Assembly: GCA_036172245.1 (NCBI GenBank)
Contig: JAYWIR010000006.1
Location: 2,046,001-2,110,000 of the forward strand
DNA length: 64,000 nt
DNA from: Raillietiella orientalis
Lineage: Eukaryota
Reading direction: 5' to 3'
Below the pieces are notes generated by a model. The model was given only the letters and a program-made list of their open reading frames with translations, did no database searches and was not told the DNA's origin. A program made the position numbers and the translations under genes. Positions 37,591 to 50,790 of this stretch are shown piece by piece (within the stretch, counting starts at the first letter, position 1; every line of letters starts with the position of its first letter).

Positions 37591-38599
37591 ATACGCTTGT
37601 AAGGATGCCGCTCCTCCTTTCCCTTACTGTTTCCAAAATATAAGGATCAGGAAAGAACTCGCGATCACTTGCACATTCCCACCGGAGTTGGTTGCCTGAA
37701 GAGAATGATGGACTTCGCCGTTCCCCTCCAATGCGAGGAAAGAAGACAGCTGCAGTCTCTGGGTGCAGCAGTGAAGTCTCAACACGTCGCCTTCCTTGGG
37801 TATGGAGTCCTGGTTGGGGTCCTAAGGGGTTCGATCGTCTCCGAAAGAGTAGTTTCCTGGTCGTTCCGCTCCTTTTCAGATCGGTAAAGTGCGGTCCATT
37901 CGCTCGTGGAGTCTCTCAGTGACGCGAGCAGTGAGGAGGAGGTCCGTCTCTTCTTCTCTCCCGAAGCCAGCAGCACTCAAAAGATGGCCAAGAAAAGCAT
38001 CCGTTTGGATCGAGAGATGCATCTTTGAGATGCATTAAGTGATGTTGACACGGATTTGATGGGGAATGCGAGCAGCAGCCGCGAGGAGCAGGCGGTGGAG
38101 GTGACAGCGGCGCGCAGGCTCCAGGTCTCCTTGTGAGGAGGTCTCGGAGATTCCCGACTGCTGGTCCCTATTCTCCCGTTGGCAGACTCCCAAGTTTGCG
38201 ACTCTTTCGTTCTCTTCGTTTCTCCCTCCGTTGACGAACTGCAGCTAGGATATGACGCTTCTCAGCCTCACTTCCAGACGAAGCGAGGAAGCTCCCCTGA
38301 ATTTTTGCTGACTCCCATCACGTCGTGGGACCTCCGAAAAAGCTTACTGCTTCTCCCGAGTGAGATCTCTCGTCACTTGGAGAAGGGAATTCAGGGAGCA
38401 GAACGAATCCGCGGAGCAAAATCAGTAGGGATCGCATCTTCGGAAGACGATTCCCAGTCCAACCTCGACCCTTGACCCCTTCAGGAACCGAATCAGCCTG
38501 CTCTACTATTTTCGGAGCTGTAAGGAAAATTTTTTGGGTGTGTGGTGGGACGTGCTGGCCTATTCTGACAAGTGCTCGCTCGGCTGAGGCATTTCGAGG

Positions 38600-40320
38600 A
38601 CAAAAAGAACCCGGAGGCACCTCTTCACCCGCTCCCTCCTACCCCTTGACGACGCACCAATCGGGAAGTTGCGACTCCTCACTACCCACCGTCATCATCG
38701 CCTCCTTGCTTTCGCCCTTCCGGGAAGGTCAGCGCCATCTCCAGCAGACTGTGGACGCTGAGGGGGGACTTTGGAATTCATGCCCTCGGGCACCGGACGC
38801 GGCGCGTCCTCCCACACTGCGACCTTCGGAGAGTCTTGATCGCCCCGCGGACCCGCCAAACGAGGCAGTGCTTCGAGGGAAGCCACGGACCCACCTGGAC
38901 AGAGGGAGGGTCGATCCCTTTCTACCACGCCTTTTCTCGCCCTCCCCTCTTTTTACCAAGGCTTCTGAGCGACGCGCGTTTCCCTCTCTGCGAAATTCTC
39001 ATGGAAACGCACGCGCACTGGAATGCAAGCAGGGAGACGATAGGAGAAAAAACGGTACCCATTCTGTGGCATTCCTTCTTCTCGTCCTCTTCGTCCTCCT
39101 TACTCCTGGATTCCACTCCCGCTTTCCTGGACCAGGCTCCACTCCTTTTCTGGTTCAAGGGCTTCTCTACGGAGGGGTATGGAGCATATCTTTCCACCAC
39201 CACTCCCCTTTATCCGGAAGCTTCTGGAGAAGCAACTCCTGAGAGGGGTGCAGAGGAGTCCGTTCGACTCTTCTCCCCGCCGCTGCCCTCAGCAACGATG
39301 GATCCCGCGTGCCGCGAAACCCGCGGCCATGGTGAATGCGCCCTCATGGATGCCCCCTCCTCTCCCCTCGGTCAAAATCCCGGGACCGAGAGGGAAGCGA
39401 GGGACCTTCTCTCTAGAGCCTTGGTAGCACGGGAGGCCAGAAGCTCTCGGACACGAGTTCCGAAAAGTGGAGCAAAAGGGACAAAGCGCCCTGCTTAAGG
39501 GCTGCAAGGAAGCGTTCCCGAAGCATCCGGAGAGGTCAGGGCTCAGGTCACTACCTGGATAGCTTCATGCAGAGCTGCTCCGGACCTGCCGAGGCGAAGA
39601 CTCCGAGATACTCCCTCGGAGGCTGGGACAGAGAGACCGAGGAGGTCGCCTTACGTTCGACTGCAGGGAGGAGTTGAGACTGCAACGGTTGGGAGGACTG
39701 CAGAAGAGAGAGAGAGGAAGGGAGGATCTTCCGGACGGGTTCTAGGCTTCTCTTTCCTTTCCCCCGCCCGCAGGACATGTGGTGGAGATTCGCTTCGGCA
39801 CTCCGCCAACCCCAGGACACTGCCACCAACCTGCTGCAGCGCTTCTTCACCGGATGCGGGCTGGAGAAAGGCTCCGTGGTCGCAACGAGATGTTGCATCC
39901 GCGCCATAGCGACAGTCCGCCATGTACTAGAAGCAAGTTCGCGGCGAAGAGAAGCCACCAGCATGGCAACAGCCCTCGTGAGGTCTGCCATAGTGTAGCC
40001 TCATCTACCAGAAGAAGTCGCCAAGGAGATCTCTCCGCCATCCAAAGTCTCTTCTAGAAGGAAAGGACTTCTGAAACCAAAGTTCCCTGTCCCCACCCTC
40101 CCCTCTTTTATTTATTTATTTATTGTCTCCTCCCCGTTCCCTACCTCTCGGGAGCCAGCCTGCGTGCCGGTGGTCATCCCTGATGAACTTTTTTTTTTAG
40201 GGGGGCAGGGAGGGCTCTTGTTTTTTTGAGGGCATACTCTTCTTCCCCTGAAACTTGCGGTTTGCTTTGCTTTTTGCAAAATAAACGTCCCGTCGCGTGA
40301 CCGGATTAAAACCCCTGTCG
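38600..40320 (+). repeat. Unknown family, long copy (second subfamily)
   Basis: DMWWRFASALRQPQDTATNLLQRFFTGCGLEKGSVVATRCCIRAIATV (39774-39918). DNA is collinear with revcomp 53580-53930. AATAAA/hairpin motif at 40280-40315. Confidence 0.8.
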
Positions 40321-41999
40321 TCATCCGGTGCCCATCAGCCTGTGGAGGGTAGGGATCGTGACCGCAGGCGCACATCGTCAGGGTGGGGGAAAAGAGCAGG
40401 CTCTCCCAAAAACCACTCAGCAACTTCCTGCCCCACGCTCCAGAGGAAAATGGGGGTAATCCCAGTCCGTCTACCCCTCTCCGCAAGAAGAAAAGGTGAA
40501 ACAAGGAAGGGTCCTTATCCTTCCGTCCCTTCTTTGCATAGGAGGGATGAGGACTCCTCGGTTTCCAAGGAGTTTCCCTTGCTCTTGTGTTCAGTTTCCG
40601 GAGGCTCCTGCCGTGGTCGCTCCCCCATCGCCCCTTCATTCCTGGAAAACCAGGCCTGCGTCGTCCCCTCTTAGGATGGCGGCTCCGGAAGGTCAACGGG
40701 AAGTGCGAGCCTCTTCGCACTTCGTTCCCTGGGAGGAGGGCGGGAGAGTCCTCCCTGGTGTCCGGCTCCTGGAAGGTTTCGATGTCCTCCAGGACGCCGC
40801 AGTAAATTTCTTCCCTCCCCTATCCCCTCCTCTCCCTTCCTTCCCATGTGCGTCATCTCGGCGCGCTCTCCGCAGATGCGGAGGTTTGGAGGGTCTCTCC
40901 ACAGCGCCATCACCTCTGCCGACCGGGTGAGGTGCACGCGAGCGCCAGATTCCACCTCTGGACCTGTTGCACCTCAAGAGGCTGCGCGTTCCCTCCCCTG
41001 CGTCTGAGGAGGAATCGACCGCGGAGGCGGAACCACGAGCTCCCGGGATGCGGGAACTTCGCCTTAGAGACGAAGAGCGATTGGGGGAAGGGGAGCGCAC
41101 CATCGCGCGGCAGCCAGCAGAGGCAGCGACCCCTCCGGAAACGCATGTAACTGCCAGTTGCCGCGCAACTTAACAAGGAGACGACTTCTTCCCCTTCCAT
41201 CCTCCAGAATGGATTTCGTGTGCGTGGCCGCCCTAACGGTGTCCGTCCCTCGTAAGAGAGGAGGGGATGCATCCTCTCGTAGGAGTCGTTCTGTCTACAG
41301 GGTCGCTGGCCTCGCCGGTGAGAAGAGGAGAAGAGAACCTGGGAGGCTGAGCCATTTCGATTTCACGCCACGCCCTCAAGTGCGTCTCACGTGCTCCGCG
41401 CCAGCAAGGCACGAGGGCTCACGAGGGGACCGGGAGACCAAGAGCGTGCGGAAGGCGAGAAGAGGAGAAGGGGGAGGAGGAGGAATGGAGGGGGAAAGCG
41501 CGCGGGAAACGTCCTTCTCGCTGCTTCCAGCCCGCCCCGAGCGTCCGCCGCGCTCATGCGCGCGCGCGTCCGTCGCCGGGCGGGCGGGCGGGAGAATCGC
41601 CGGATCTGCGGGCAGTCGCGCCGCTGCAGGCCGGTCGGAAAGTCGCGTCTTGCGGTGCCGACGGAGTGCTGCTTGGTGGGTCGCACGCACGCACTCACGC
41701 TGCGGGGACGCTCACCGGAGTGTGAACGAGAGGTTGTCCGAGAGCGACCCTCCTCTCGTGCCTCCACCCTTACTTTACCCCCATCTCACCCTCCCACTTC
41801 TCGGAGGTCTTCGCCTGCATTCCTGATCCACGAAGCTGCGTCCGTAGCCCATCTCCCGCCCTCCCTCCCCACACCCATCGAGTGTGCTGTGCGCGCGCTC
41901 TCGGAGAGAATGACTCCCGCGCTCCATCCTTCGTCCCGAGGAACACCAAGGAGCGCGCTCACCCCTTAACCGCCCCACTTCCCTCCCATTCCCCTTCAG

Positions 42000-43400
42000 C
42001 GGTTTCGCTCCTCCACCCTTGCTTCCTCCGCTCCCGAGTGGACAGGAACAGAGAGGACCACGGTCCGGGTTGCCTAGGAACCACCGCTTTCCCTCCCCAT
42101 CCCGCTGCCATGGTTCTCAGCGAGCCCGGAAGCACCTCCAAGAGCTTGGACGAGGTCTCGAAGACCCCGGAACCACCGCAGTGGTGGCTCTGACCGGAAC
42201 GTCGCTCCCGTCCGTGTCGCACCGTAGCGGTGGTGGCAGTGGTTGTGACAGCCCTTCTGTGGGTAATAGCGGTACCATGAAGAGGAGGGCCTGGGATCCT
42301 TGCGGAAAGGCGCGGCTCGCCTGCTGCTGCTGTTGCTGTTGCTACGTTCTGCTGGTGGCTGCTGCCGGTGTCGTCGCTGCCGCCTCGCGCGGCAAAGGAG
42401 AGAAGCGCGTAAGTGCGCCAATCGGCTTGTGACCACCTCTCGCCCCTCCTCCTGCTCCTCGGCTCCATGAGCCTTCTCCTGACCACTTTTGTTTTCCACG
42501 ACCGCTCTTTCGTCTGCGCCACCTCCCTCCTCCTCCTCCTCCCTCCTCGCCCACCTCTCTTTCCTTCTCTTCTTCGCCCTCATCCTTGCTCTGCCTCAGT
42601 AGGTGCCGCGAAACCACCGCCCGTCTCTCGGGTGGGCGCCCATTCGCTCGCCTGCACGAGGAGCTTTCGGGCGGTTTGTGGGGGAATAGGGGCAGGCTTT
42701 GGCTTTTCCGGATGGGAGAACACGGGTCCCGCGAGCGGTGGCCGTCCGAGGCCCGAGCCCCCGAGGGGGAATTCCCATCGTCGGCGAGATCTCGCTGCCC
42801 CCCCCCCCTTTTGCAAATCGAAAATGCAGTGGGAAAGAACAGCAGCCGAGAGGTGGGGCGAGCAGACGAAGCAGCGGAGGAGTCAGGGACCGCAGGGGAC
42901 ACGGACCGCGTTTCCCCGGGCGCGTGAGTTCGTCCTTACCCATCCGCGAGTGCTGCCATCACTAACGACAGCTCGCCCCACGCAAGGGGGGATGGGAATG
43001 CAGGCGTAGACTAACATCACGTGTAGGCATCATTTCTCGGGCTTCGGGATCTGCTCCGGACTGACGTAGCGACCCAGCAGGGAAAGCGTAGACGGCGGCG
43101 GTTGAGAAAGGACCCACGGGCGGGAAGGTGGGAGAGACGATCTGGAAGGTCGTCTCGGCTTGCGTTTGCCTCAGCTGCGTTCTTCTGCCCCTCTCGTAGT
43201 CCCCTGCTCCCTGTCTTCCTCGGCCGCGCTCCCGGGGAGCGAAGCTCCTCCTTCCAGGATGTCTGCCGCCGGCTTCCTCGACAAGGGGGATTTTGATGGA
43301 GCACACGGCGAAGGGCAGGTGGTGGAGGGACCTCAGGAGTGGGGTCTGCCTGTCCTGCCCGAGGTCTTCGGGAGGCGCCTTGGCCACGAGCAGGCTGCGT
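42000..43400 (-). repeat. Probable unknown-family upstream segment, diverged
   Basis: Patchy similarity of 43200-43260 to 20570-20630, and of 42050-42380 to 54020-54330. Confidence 0.3.
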
Positions 43401-45839
43401 ACGCGCGCTGGACAAAGGCTCCTGTCGGCAGGAATGGTGCGTCCTGCAGAACAGGACTTTTCTCCTCTCTCTTCCCTGGAAAACTAGGGATCGGGCTGCC
43501 CTCCTGCGCGACGTAGGGGCGGGCAGCGGTCCGGGAACCGGATACCCTCTCCCGGGGAAGCGAGCGCGTGCCCTTTGCGACGCGGAGGACGCGCGATAGG
43601 CTGGAGAGAAAACGCCGCCCCGAGTGGCAGCTGGCTCTCCCTCGTCCTGGGGCGGGAGAAACGACGGAATGGCAAGCGGGATTGGGGCCCACGGGGAAAG
43701 TGGAAGCTCACGGGAGAAGAAGAAGAGGAGGACGAAACCCTTCTGCTGACGGGGCAATCCCTTCTCCCCGCCGGGAGGTTGGGAGGCCCTGGGAACATTG
43801 CTTCCTTTCATCCTCGCGGCCTCCGGAACTCTTTCCCCTCTTCGGATGTTCATGTGGGCAGCGGCTATGGGAGCTCTTTCGCCCGGAGATCAGCGCTCCT
43901 CCGGAAAGAGCATGGAAAGGGTGCTGAAGACGGTGGGCCGAATTGAGATGACCACCATCAGCGGCAGCAGGTTTCCAGAGAGCGCTGGATCTGAACTCCA
44001 AGTTGCGCCTCCTCCACGGATCGCCCACACTGGAGTCGTCTCACCTTTCCCAAGGGAGTGGTGAATCAGCAGCAGTGCGTGAGCCCAGCTCGAGGACGGG
44101 GAAGAGCTCCAAGCCAGCAAGGACTGCCGCGAGCGACGCGCTGCTGGAAGACAAGGCAGCGGGGAGGAGATGAATCGAACTTTGTGGGGGCTGAAAAGAA
44201 GGAACAGCGTAAAGTGGGATGGCGCCTTCCCGATTTCCCTTCGTAGGAGCGGCTCCTCCGCGTAGGCCATCCGGCGTCCCCCTCACTCGAAGAGATCTCC
44301 CACCGGCGGACCTTTCCCGCGTGTTCTCGGAGACGGAGAAGAAGAAAACCCCTCTTCGTGATGCGCACCCGTTCGATTCCTTGACCACTCCATTCCTTGA
44401 CCGACATCGTGGCAGCCGGAAGCGCCGATCCCTCCACCAACCACCGTTCACTAGCTGGGATGAAGGGCTCCTGCAGCTACGTTTTTCGGAGCACATTCTT
44501 CCCTTTTCTTCCCTTTCGCTGTGGAACAGCGAAGAGGCGGAAGGAAGTTGGCTTGTTGGCTCTGTTGGCTCGCCAGTCCGGAAGAAGCGATGGCGAGAAC
44601 TTCGACCTGTCATTACCGTTGCCTTCGTCATGGAGAACGACGACGAGCCTCTCCTTGCTCCTCTCTCTCTCTTTCTCTCTCCCCTTCCGGGAAAGCGCGC
44701 GCTCACACGACAGAAAAAGCGTCCTCACCCACCTGACCACCTGTGCCGTAAGTGTCCTGGCTCTTTCCCAGAACATCTTCCTTCTCTTTCTCCTCCTCTC
44801 TTCTTCCTCCTCTCTGCTCTTCCCGCTGACAGGCAGGGAAGTGCAGAGCACTCATGCTCACTCCCTCGAGGAATCATGGTTGCGCTTCCTCCTTCTTTCC
44901 GCTTGCCGTTTCCGCCGCGGTAGGAGCGGCGGCGAGGGACTCCCCCTCGACCTGCAGCAAGGAAGCACACGCAGTGGATCTCTGGATGGGGGAGGAAGAG
45001 GAAGGAGGTGTTCCCGTCGCCGGCGCGCTCCCCCTGATGTCTCTGGCTTTCGTATTCTGTCACTTCCTTGTCCCGCCGATATTGAGAGGTGGGAGGGTGG
45101 GAGTAACAGAAGTGGGAAACGCAAACGAACAGCAAGCCCCACAATACCTCTTTCGGCTTTTTTTTACGAGGGATGCTCCCCTGGCTCAATCGCAGTTCTT
45201 TCTCATTGGGGCGAAATTTCCTCGCAGCGGAGACAACGGCTCTGCTGAGCGGACCTCGTGGTGACCGGTCATCCCTCTCGCTCCCCCTAACCCCTCTTCT
45301 TTTTTGCCTTTTTTTTCCTGATAGCCCCTTGGTCTCCTCCCGAAACGTCATCTTACCTACCTGCTTGTCATCAAGGGCACGCAAGCAAACGTTCTCTGCC
45401 TTGGAATTTGCTCTCGGCTCTTCGCCGCTTCCCTTCTCGGATGCTGCGGAGTTGCGTCGTCCTCGCGTCCCCGGGCTCTTCGCCCGGTTGCGATAATCTT
45501 GGATGGCCGTTTGGATGCATCGCGAAATTCGTCGCTTCTTTCATTAGCCGTTTGAATCTCAGTATGACACAGTTTTCCGGATTCAGGAGAGCGACGCGTA
45601 TTTTGCGATCTCCAGCCTCTTCTTCCCACTCCTCTCACTCTCAGGATCGCCTCGATTAAACGCAGAACACGGCAGCAGAATGAGGTCACAACGGGATGAG
45701 CGCCTTTTTTTTTCGTTTTTCCTTTTCCATCCTGTCAAAAAGGGAGACAAAATAACAGTAATAATAATAATTCCTGGGGCGAACCCTGTAGTAGCTCCTT
45801 CGCTCCGTATTTTTCAAACTCGGCGTCTCGCGAATGAGC

Positions 45840-46486
45840 ATCGGCAACTTGGACCCGCGTGATTTTAGGTGGGCCTCTGGGTCTGGTCAAAAGCATTTCC
45901 GGTGCAGATTCCGCTTTGTCGAGTGAATGAGAAGTGGGAGGCGGCAGGACCTCCTAAACAGTGTTTTCTATTTAGGGGAAGGAGGGAAAGAAAGGTTCCT
46001 CGAAACTGTGAGCGCAGATTCTCACCTTTCCGGCGTTGCGGCTGCCAGGGTGAGGGTGCGCACCTCGGGGGAAACCGGAAACACGGTTTCGTCTCCGCGA
46101 ACGCCGCGTGTCGCGTGCAAAGACAGGGGAGTGCATTCGAAACGAAGGGTGAAGCTTTCGTGGGGATGTAAACAGCGTAGGGAAGCGCACGTGTCCTTTG
46201 GGAAGTGGCCACACATTTTCCCCTTTCGCCAGCCATTTCCCGAACGGCGGTGACTATCCTGTCGTGATGGGCACTGGACCGCAGCATTCCGGGCACCTCG
46301 CAACGTTGCTCTCGTCGAGCCCAGGCATTCGTTGCGAGGTTGCCTGGTTACGACAGCGGACGAGGGCCCGAAGGACGGGGAATCCCCCGAACACCCGGAT
46401 CGCGATGTCACACCAACTTCACCGTTATGTTGTGTCTCGATGTCACCATTGCGGTGATGCCCGAGTGGCGACGAGGATTCGGTTAA
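45840..46486 (+). mobile_element. piggyBac transposase C-terminal remnant
   Basis: RVNEKW, DLLNSVFY..ERFLE, then PRVACKDRGVHSKRRVKLSWGCKQ..AH (Cys-rich C-terminal domain-like). Possible right end GGTTAA at 46481-46486. Confidence 0.45.
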
Positions 46487-46583
46487 CGCATTTCCGCACA
46501 CCCGGGTCACTTTTAAAGGACACTCGGAGAGCCAGGTTGCAGTTTCATTCTTCCAGGAGCGCTCTATTTGCCGGCGGTATCGT

Positions 46584-47200
46584 TTGTTTTTGATCTTTCT
46601 GCTTATTCCTGACGCGACTGAAAATTTTCATGGATTTGGTTTTCAGGTCTCGGACGTGATTTCCGAAAGGCAGGCAGTTTCTCCGCGCATCCACGATAAA
46701 AAAAGGGAGAATTTTTTTCACCACTTGTACCGTCACATCAGTAAAGTGAACAAGAACAAGTTAATCAGAGGAGAAAAGAGACTGCATTCTAAAATCGCAC
46801 ACCCCTATCGAGCTGTAACACCTAAGCGGACGAAGCCCTCTATGCAACATTCTATCAAGAGCATCCCCCAGCGTCTGTTAGGTAATTTGTCAGAACCTCG
46901 AAATTCTTCCCAGAAATTTCATTCTGAACGCGAGAACTGTGCGTTGAAGGAGGAGACGACGATTGCCATCTTAAAAAGGACTTTAGGCTTTGATAAGCTC
47001 TATGAAGAAATAGACATACTCTTTGGCAGCAATCAGAAGAGGGCGAACAACTTGTTTGGTGGCTTCCGGTTGGACGAAAATCTGAAATACTCGCTTGTGA
47101 GGGATGGCTCTCCACTTTGGAGAAAATTCCATCGTAAAATCAAACTCTGATCCCTTCGCACCACTCTCATCAAGCAGCGGTGTCAAAGGGGGAAGAAGAA
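46584..47200 (+). mobile_element. 188-aa open frame, probably a LINE ORF2 endonuclease-end/linker remnant
   Basis: PKR......IKSI, GFDKLYEEIDILF...ANNLFGGF. Resembles the 9858-10310 frame. No complete domain. Confidence 0.35.
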
Positions 47201-47311
47201 GAAGAGGAAAAAAATGTCTTTCATTAACTACTGAGGTGAAAAACTGAGGATATGATTTACCTCTCCATCTGACTTTTACAACCAGTCGTAAAATATTTTG
47301 CTCTTAATCCA

Positions 47312-47750
47312 GTTTTGAACGGTCCAGTAATTGTGTTTATTTCGAATCCCGAGTCCCCGATAAAAGCGTGTCGTCCCCATGTCGAAAAAACTAAAAATAA
47401 AAATAAAAAAGTGCAGTTTTTATGGATGCAGGCAGTTTCTTGATACCCGTTGCCTTGCAGAGGGAGGCGGAAGAATTTATGCTCATCACCGTAGTCTTCC
47501 GCGGGTTCCCTGCCCGAGCCGATGTGGCCGTTACACCGCGGCCACATCGGCTCAGAGGATTCCTCTCCGGATTGTCAGTTCTTTTAGTGTTAAATGTGCC
47601 GGACTTCCATCTGGAGCCTTGTTAAGAACTTTGCTACATAATTGGGGTTTTGCGAATGCAGATCGTAAATTGCATCTGGAGATCCCGGGACCCCTGTGCC
47701 GTCTCGTGCTTCTGCCACCGCTCATCCGCATTCCCAGCCCAGAACATGGG
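47312..47750 (-). repeat. Unknown family copy, diverged
   Basis: KAPDGSPAHLTLKEL (~GTPGGNPSNLLKRF) and EDYGDEHKF. 3' motif aataaacacaattactggaccgttcaaaac at 47341-47312. Confidence 0.55.
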
Positions 47751-49739
47751 ACATCCAAATTTTTTGACAAACGCCGCCTTTCCCGAGCGAGGGGTTCCAC
47801 CCTGTGGGCTTCGGAACGAGACGGAACGCACGTGACGCTCGCTCGCAACCTCTTGCTCGGCACCTCCGCGAGCCGGGAACAGTCTTCGAAACTTTTAAGC
47901 GAGGACCGGCCAGGAGTTTCCACGATATTTCATCCCCTTGGCAACATTTTATTCCTTTCTGCTTTGAGCGGGGAGGGAGCGGGGTGAAGAGTAAGGGGAG
48001 GGGAGCTCTCTCACAGGACACGCTGCAGGTTGCCATGGAAAGTCCTGACACGACCAGCCTCCTCTTTTTCCTTTTTCGCGTGCGCGCGCGCCTCGCCGCG
48101 GCTCGGGAAGACGGGCGCACCTCTGCGAAGACTGCGTGCGCGCACCACCACCCACTCGACCAAGCCCTTCCTCCCGCCGGCAGGTGGGAGAAAAGGTCGT
48201 GCGTGTGCCCCCATGGACACACGCCGCATCCGACGCTCTCAGCAGCACGGCGTTTCGCGCGAGGAGGAGGATCGCTGCGAAGTGGAAGCTGCATCTTGCG
48301 AATTCGGAGCAGCCCTTGAAAACTGCGAGCTCCGCGCCTCCAGCAGTCGGACGGGTTGATCTTCTGGACCCCGTTCAGCAAAGTCTGTACCGCGACGGAT
48401 AGTCGCAACAGAGGGGGAGGGGGTATCCCTTCGCTTTTGTATTGCAGTTCTGTCGATGTCCCGGGAATGGGCTCTCCCCGCTTATGCAGGTGCAGGAAAG
48501 CCCCGTTGCATGCCGCATCGGTCTAAAAGCATCGCGGGCCTCGTACGCGAAGCCAGTAAAGGCCGGAATGGCGGAGCGTTTTCACTCCATCATCATCACT
48601 GTCGTCTGAAATTCGAGATGCCGATTCTTGCGCCTGATGGCGAAGCGGATGCTGCAAATCCATTCCTCCAGGCTCCTGAAGTCTCAAACGACTTCCCAAT
48701 GGCGTCCCAGAGGGAAACTCAGTTCCGAACGACGGCGGTGGACCAGCGAGCGCACTCCCGCCGCCGCGCCGTGAGCCCTGCAAAAAACGAGACGCACGTT
48801 ACCCTCTGGGGATCGCGCAGGGCGCCCTCCCATCTCCTCCGGAGCGATCCGTCCGTGCTCCCTCGTCCCGCCTGCGGGTGCGCGCGCGAGATGCGTCGGG
48901 TGAGCGGTTGAGCATGAGGAACGAACGGCAGGAACCCAGCGAAGCTTGCGAGGACTCCTCGAGAGTTGAGAGGGAACAGAGCGAGGGAAACACCTGGGGA
49001 GAGGCGGTGGAGGAGCAGGAATCCCCACTCATCGTTCACCCGGGGATCCGTTCTTTCGCGCGCGTGACCTTCGTTCGCCATTGCAGAGGCGGCTGGGCTC
49101 ATCTGCTGGAGGCCAGGAAGAAAATGAATGCCGAACGCTCGGGCCTGCATCTCGATGATCCTCGCCTCCATTTTGTTATCACTGATGATAAACTATATGC
49201 GTGTGTAATGAGTTACCTCTTCATTCCTGATGCAGCCCCGACGTAGCCGTCGAAACCTTGGAGCACGTCCGCCGGAGGTGTTTTCATTTCCCCCCCCCCC
49301 CGTCTCTCCCTCTCTCCTTTTGTTCCGTCCCTCTCGTTTGTTTACGCGGGTGCGACCTCCTAAGGAGGGGAGGAAACGCGTGGCAGCAGCGTGTTTGTCC
49401 TGCTCTTCGCTGCCTCTGCGACCGCCGTTCAGTGGTCTCGGTCCGCGCCGCTCGTAGGGCGCACGCCGCTCGTGCAGCCGCGGGGCTCCGGCGAACGGCG
49501 AAACGCGCGCTACAGCCTGCAGTCAGTCTGCTCCGAAACAGGAAGATTCGTCCGCAACCCCTCTTGCATCTTGCCAGATCCGGGAATGCGTCCAGGCCGA
49601 GCTGAAGTGGTCGGTGGTCGGAGCAAGGGACCGAACAGCTCCCTCCCCCCCTCGAGTCGGCGCGGAACGCGAGCAGGAAAACTCACGCGACCCTTCCACC
49701 CTCCTGTCGCTGCGCGCCGACCACCTTCTCCCGTTCCCC

Positions 49740-50790
49740 TCGTCTCAAGCACGGCGGAGCCGCTCCAGAATTCTTCGAGTTGCGCAACTCGCGGGAGCGG
49801 ACGCGAGGGAACAAGGTGCAGTCGGTGCGGCGCGGGAAGCAGGGACCCCCGACAAGGCTGCCTTGGGGCGCAGCCCTTGTCGGAGTCCTCTGTCCCTCAG
49901 GGGTTTGGTCTGGTCTCCTCCGGAAGGCAGGAGCGGCGCTCGCACCCTTCCGGGAGTGGCCCAGCCTTGAGCGTCGGGACAAGCCTCCGTCTGGAGAGTC
50001 AGCGTCGCCCCGTTTCCCCGGGCCCTTGTTTTTGGCTCTCGCTGCAGGAGGCAAGACGAACGGGCGGCCTACTGAGCAAAGCGGTGCCAGGGGGCACCGC
50101 AGGGGAGGCGAAGGTTTCTTCTCGGAGATTTCGTGGTCCCACGAATGGGGACTCCTGGTGAAATCCATCAGCGTTTTCTCTCCTCGCGGCTCTCCGGCAC
50201 TTCCCGGATGTGCGAAGCGGGGACTTCCGAAGGAGCCGTCGAATTCCAGATCGGCCTGTAGGCCTCGGGTGCACCGGTGGAATCCAGAAACCGCCGGATG
50301 CCCCATTTGGCAGCCGGGATGGGAAGGTGGTCCTCCGAGGTCCTTCCAGGAATCAAGAGTCGGCTTCCTTCTGGGATTCCTCTCTGGTTGTGCAAATGGA
50401 GCCGTCCCGCCCCTCCTCCAAGTGAGAACCCTCTATCTTGCACCATGAAGCTGGTGGGTTGATGCCTCTTCAGGGTGTGAAGTGCGCTGCTTCCTTCTGG
50501 GATCACCCTTCAGAGGAGCGCTTCCCTTCCGGGTTCCCTCCGGAAAGGAAACGATGAGCAGCTCCCTCCGGGAGGTCTCTCCGGAAGAAATAAGGAAGAG
50601 GTTCTCTCAAAGGATAACCAGGGTGGAAGATTCCCTTCGAAGCTCCCTCCCAAGCGCGCGAGAGGAGCGGACTCCTTCTTCCGGAGTCCTTCCTGGATTC
50701 ATGGGGCGGTCCCCCTCCTGGGTACTCCCTATCTTGAAGAGTTGACACGCACTCTCGGGTGGCGTGGATAGCCTCAAATAACTCTGTTAG
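49740..50790 (-). repeat. Unknown family copy (5' module plus ORF domain)
   Basis: 50190-50790 is a revcomp homologue of 12725-13275, then EISEKKPSPP/PWHRFAQ*AARSSCLLQR. Confidence 0.8.

Noticed and set aside
40100..45400. Many 200-280-aa overlapping ORFs (similar ones at 13405-14410, 49391-50448, 51037-51783)
   Set aside because: GC-rich, R/P/S/G-biased frames open on both strands with no recognisable domain, as expected by chance.
46930..47050. Fic-domain motif on the minus strand (SPF*DGNRR)
   Set aside because: Two stops within or beside the motif, and wrong spacing. The opposite strand is open for 188 aa and looks LINE-like.
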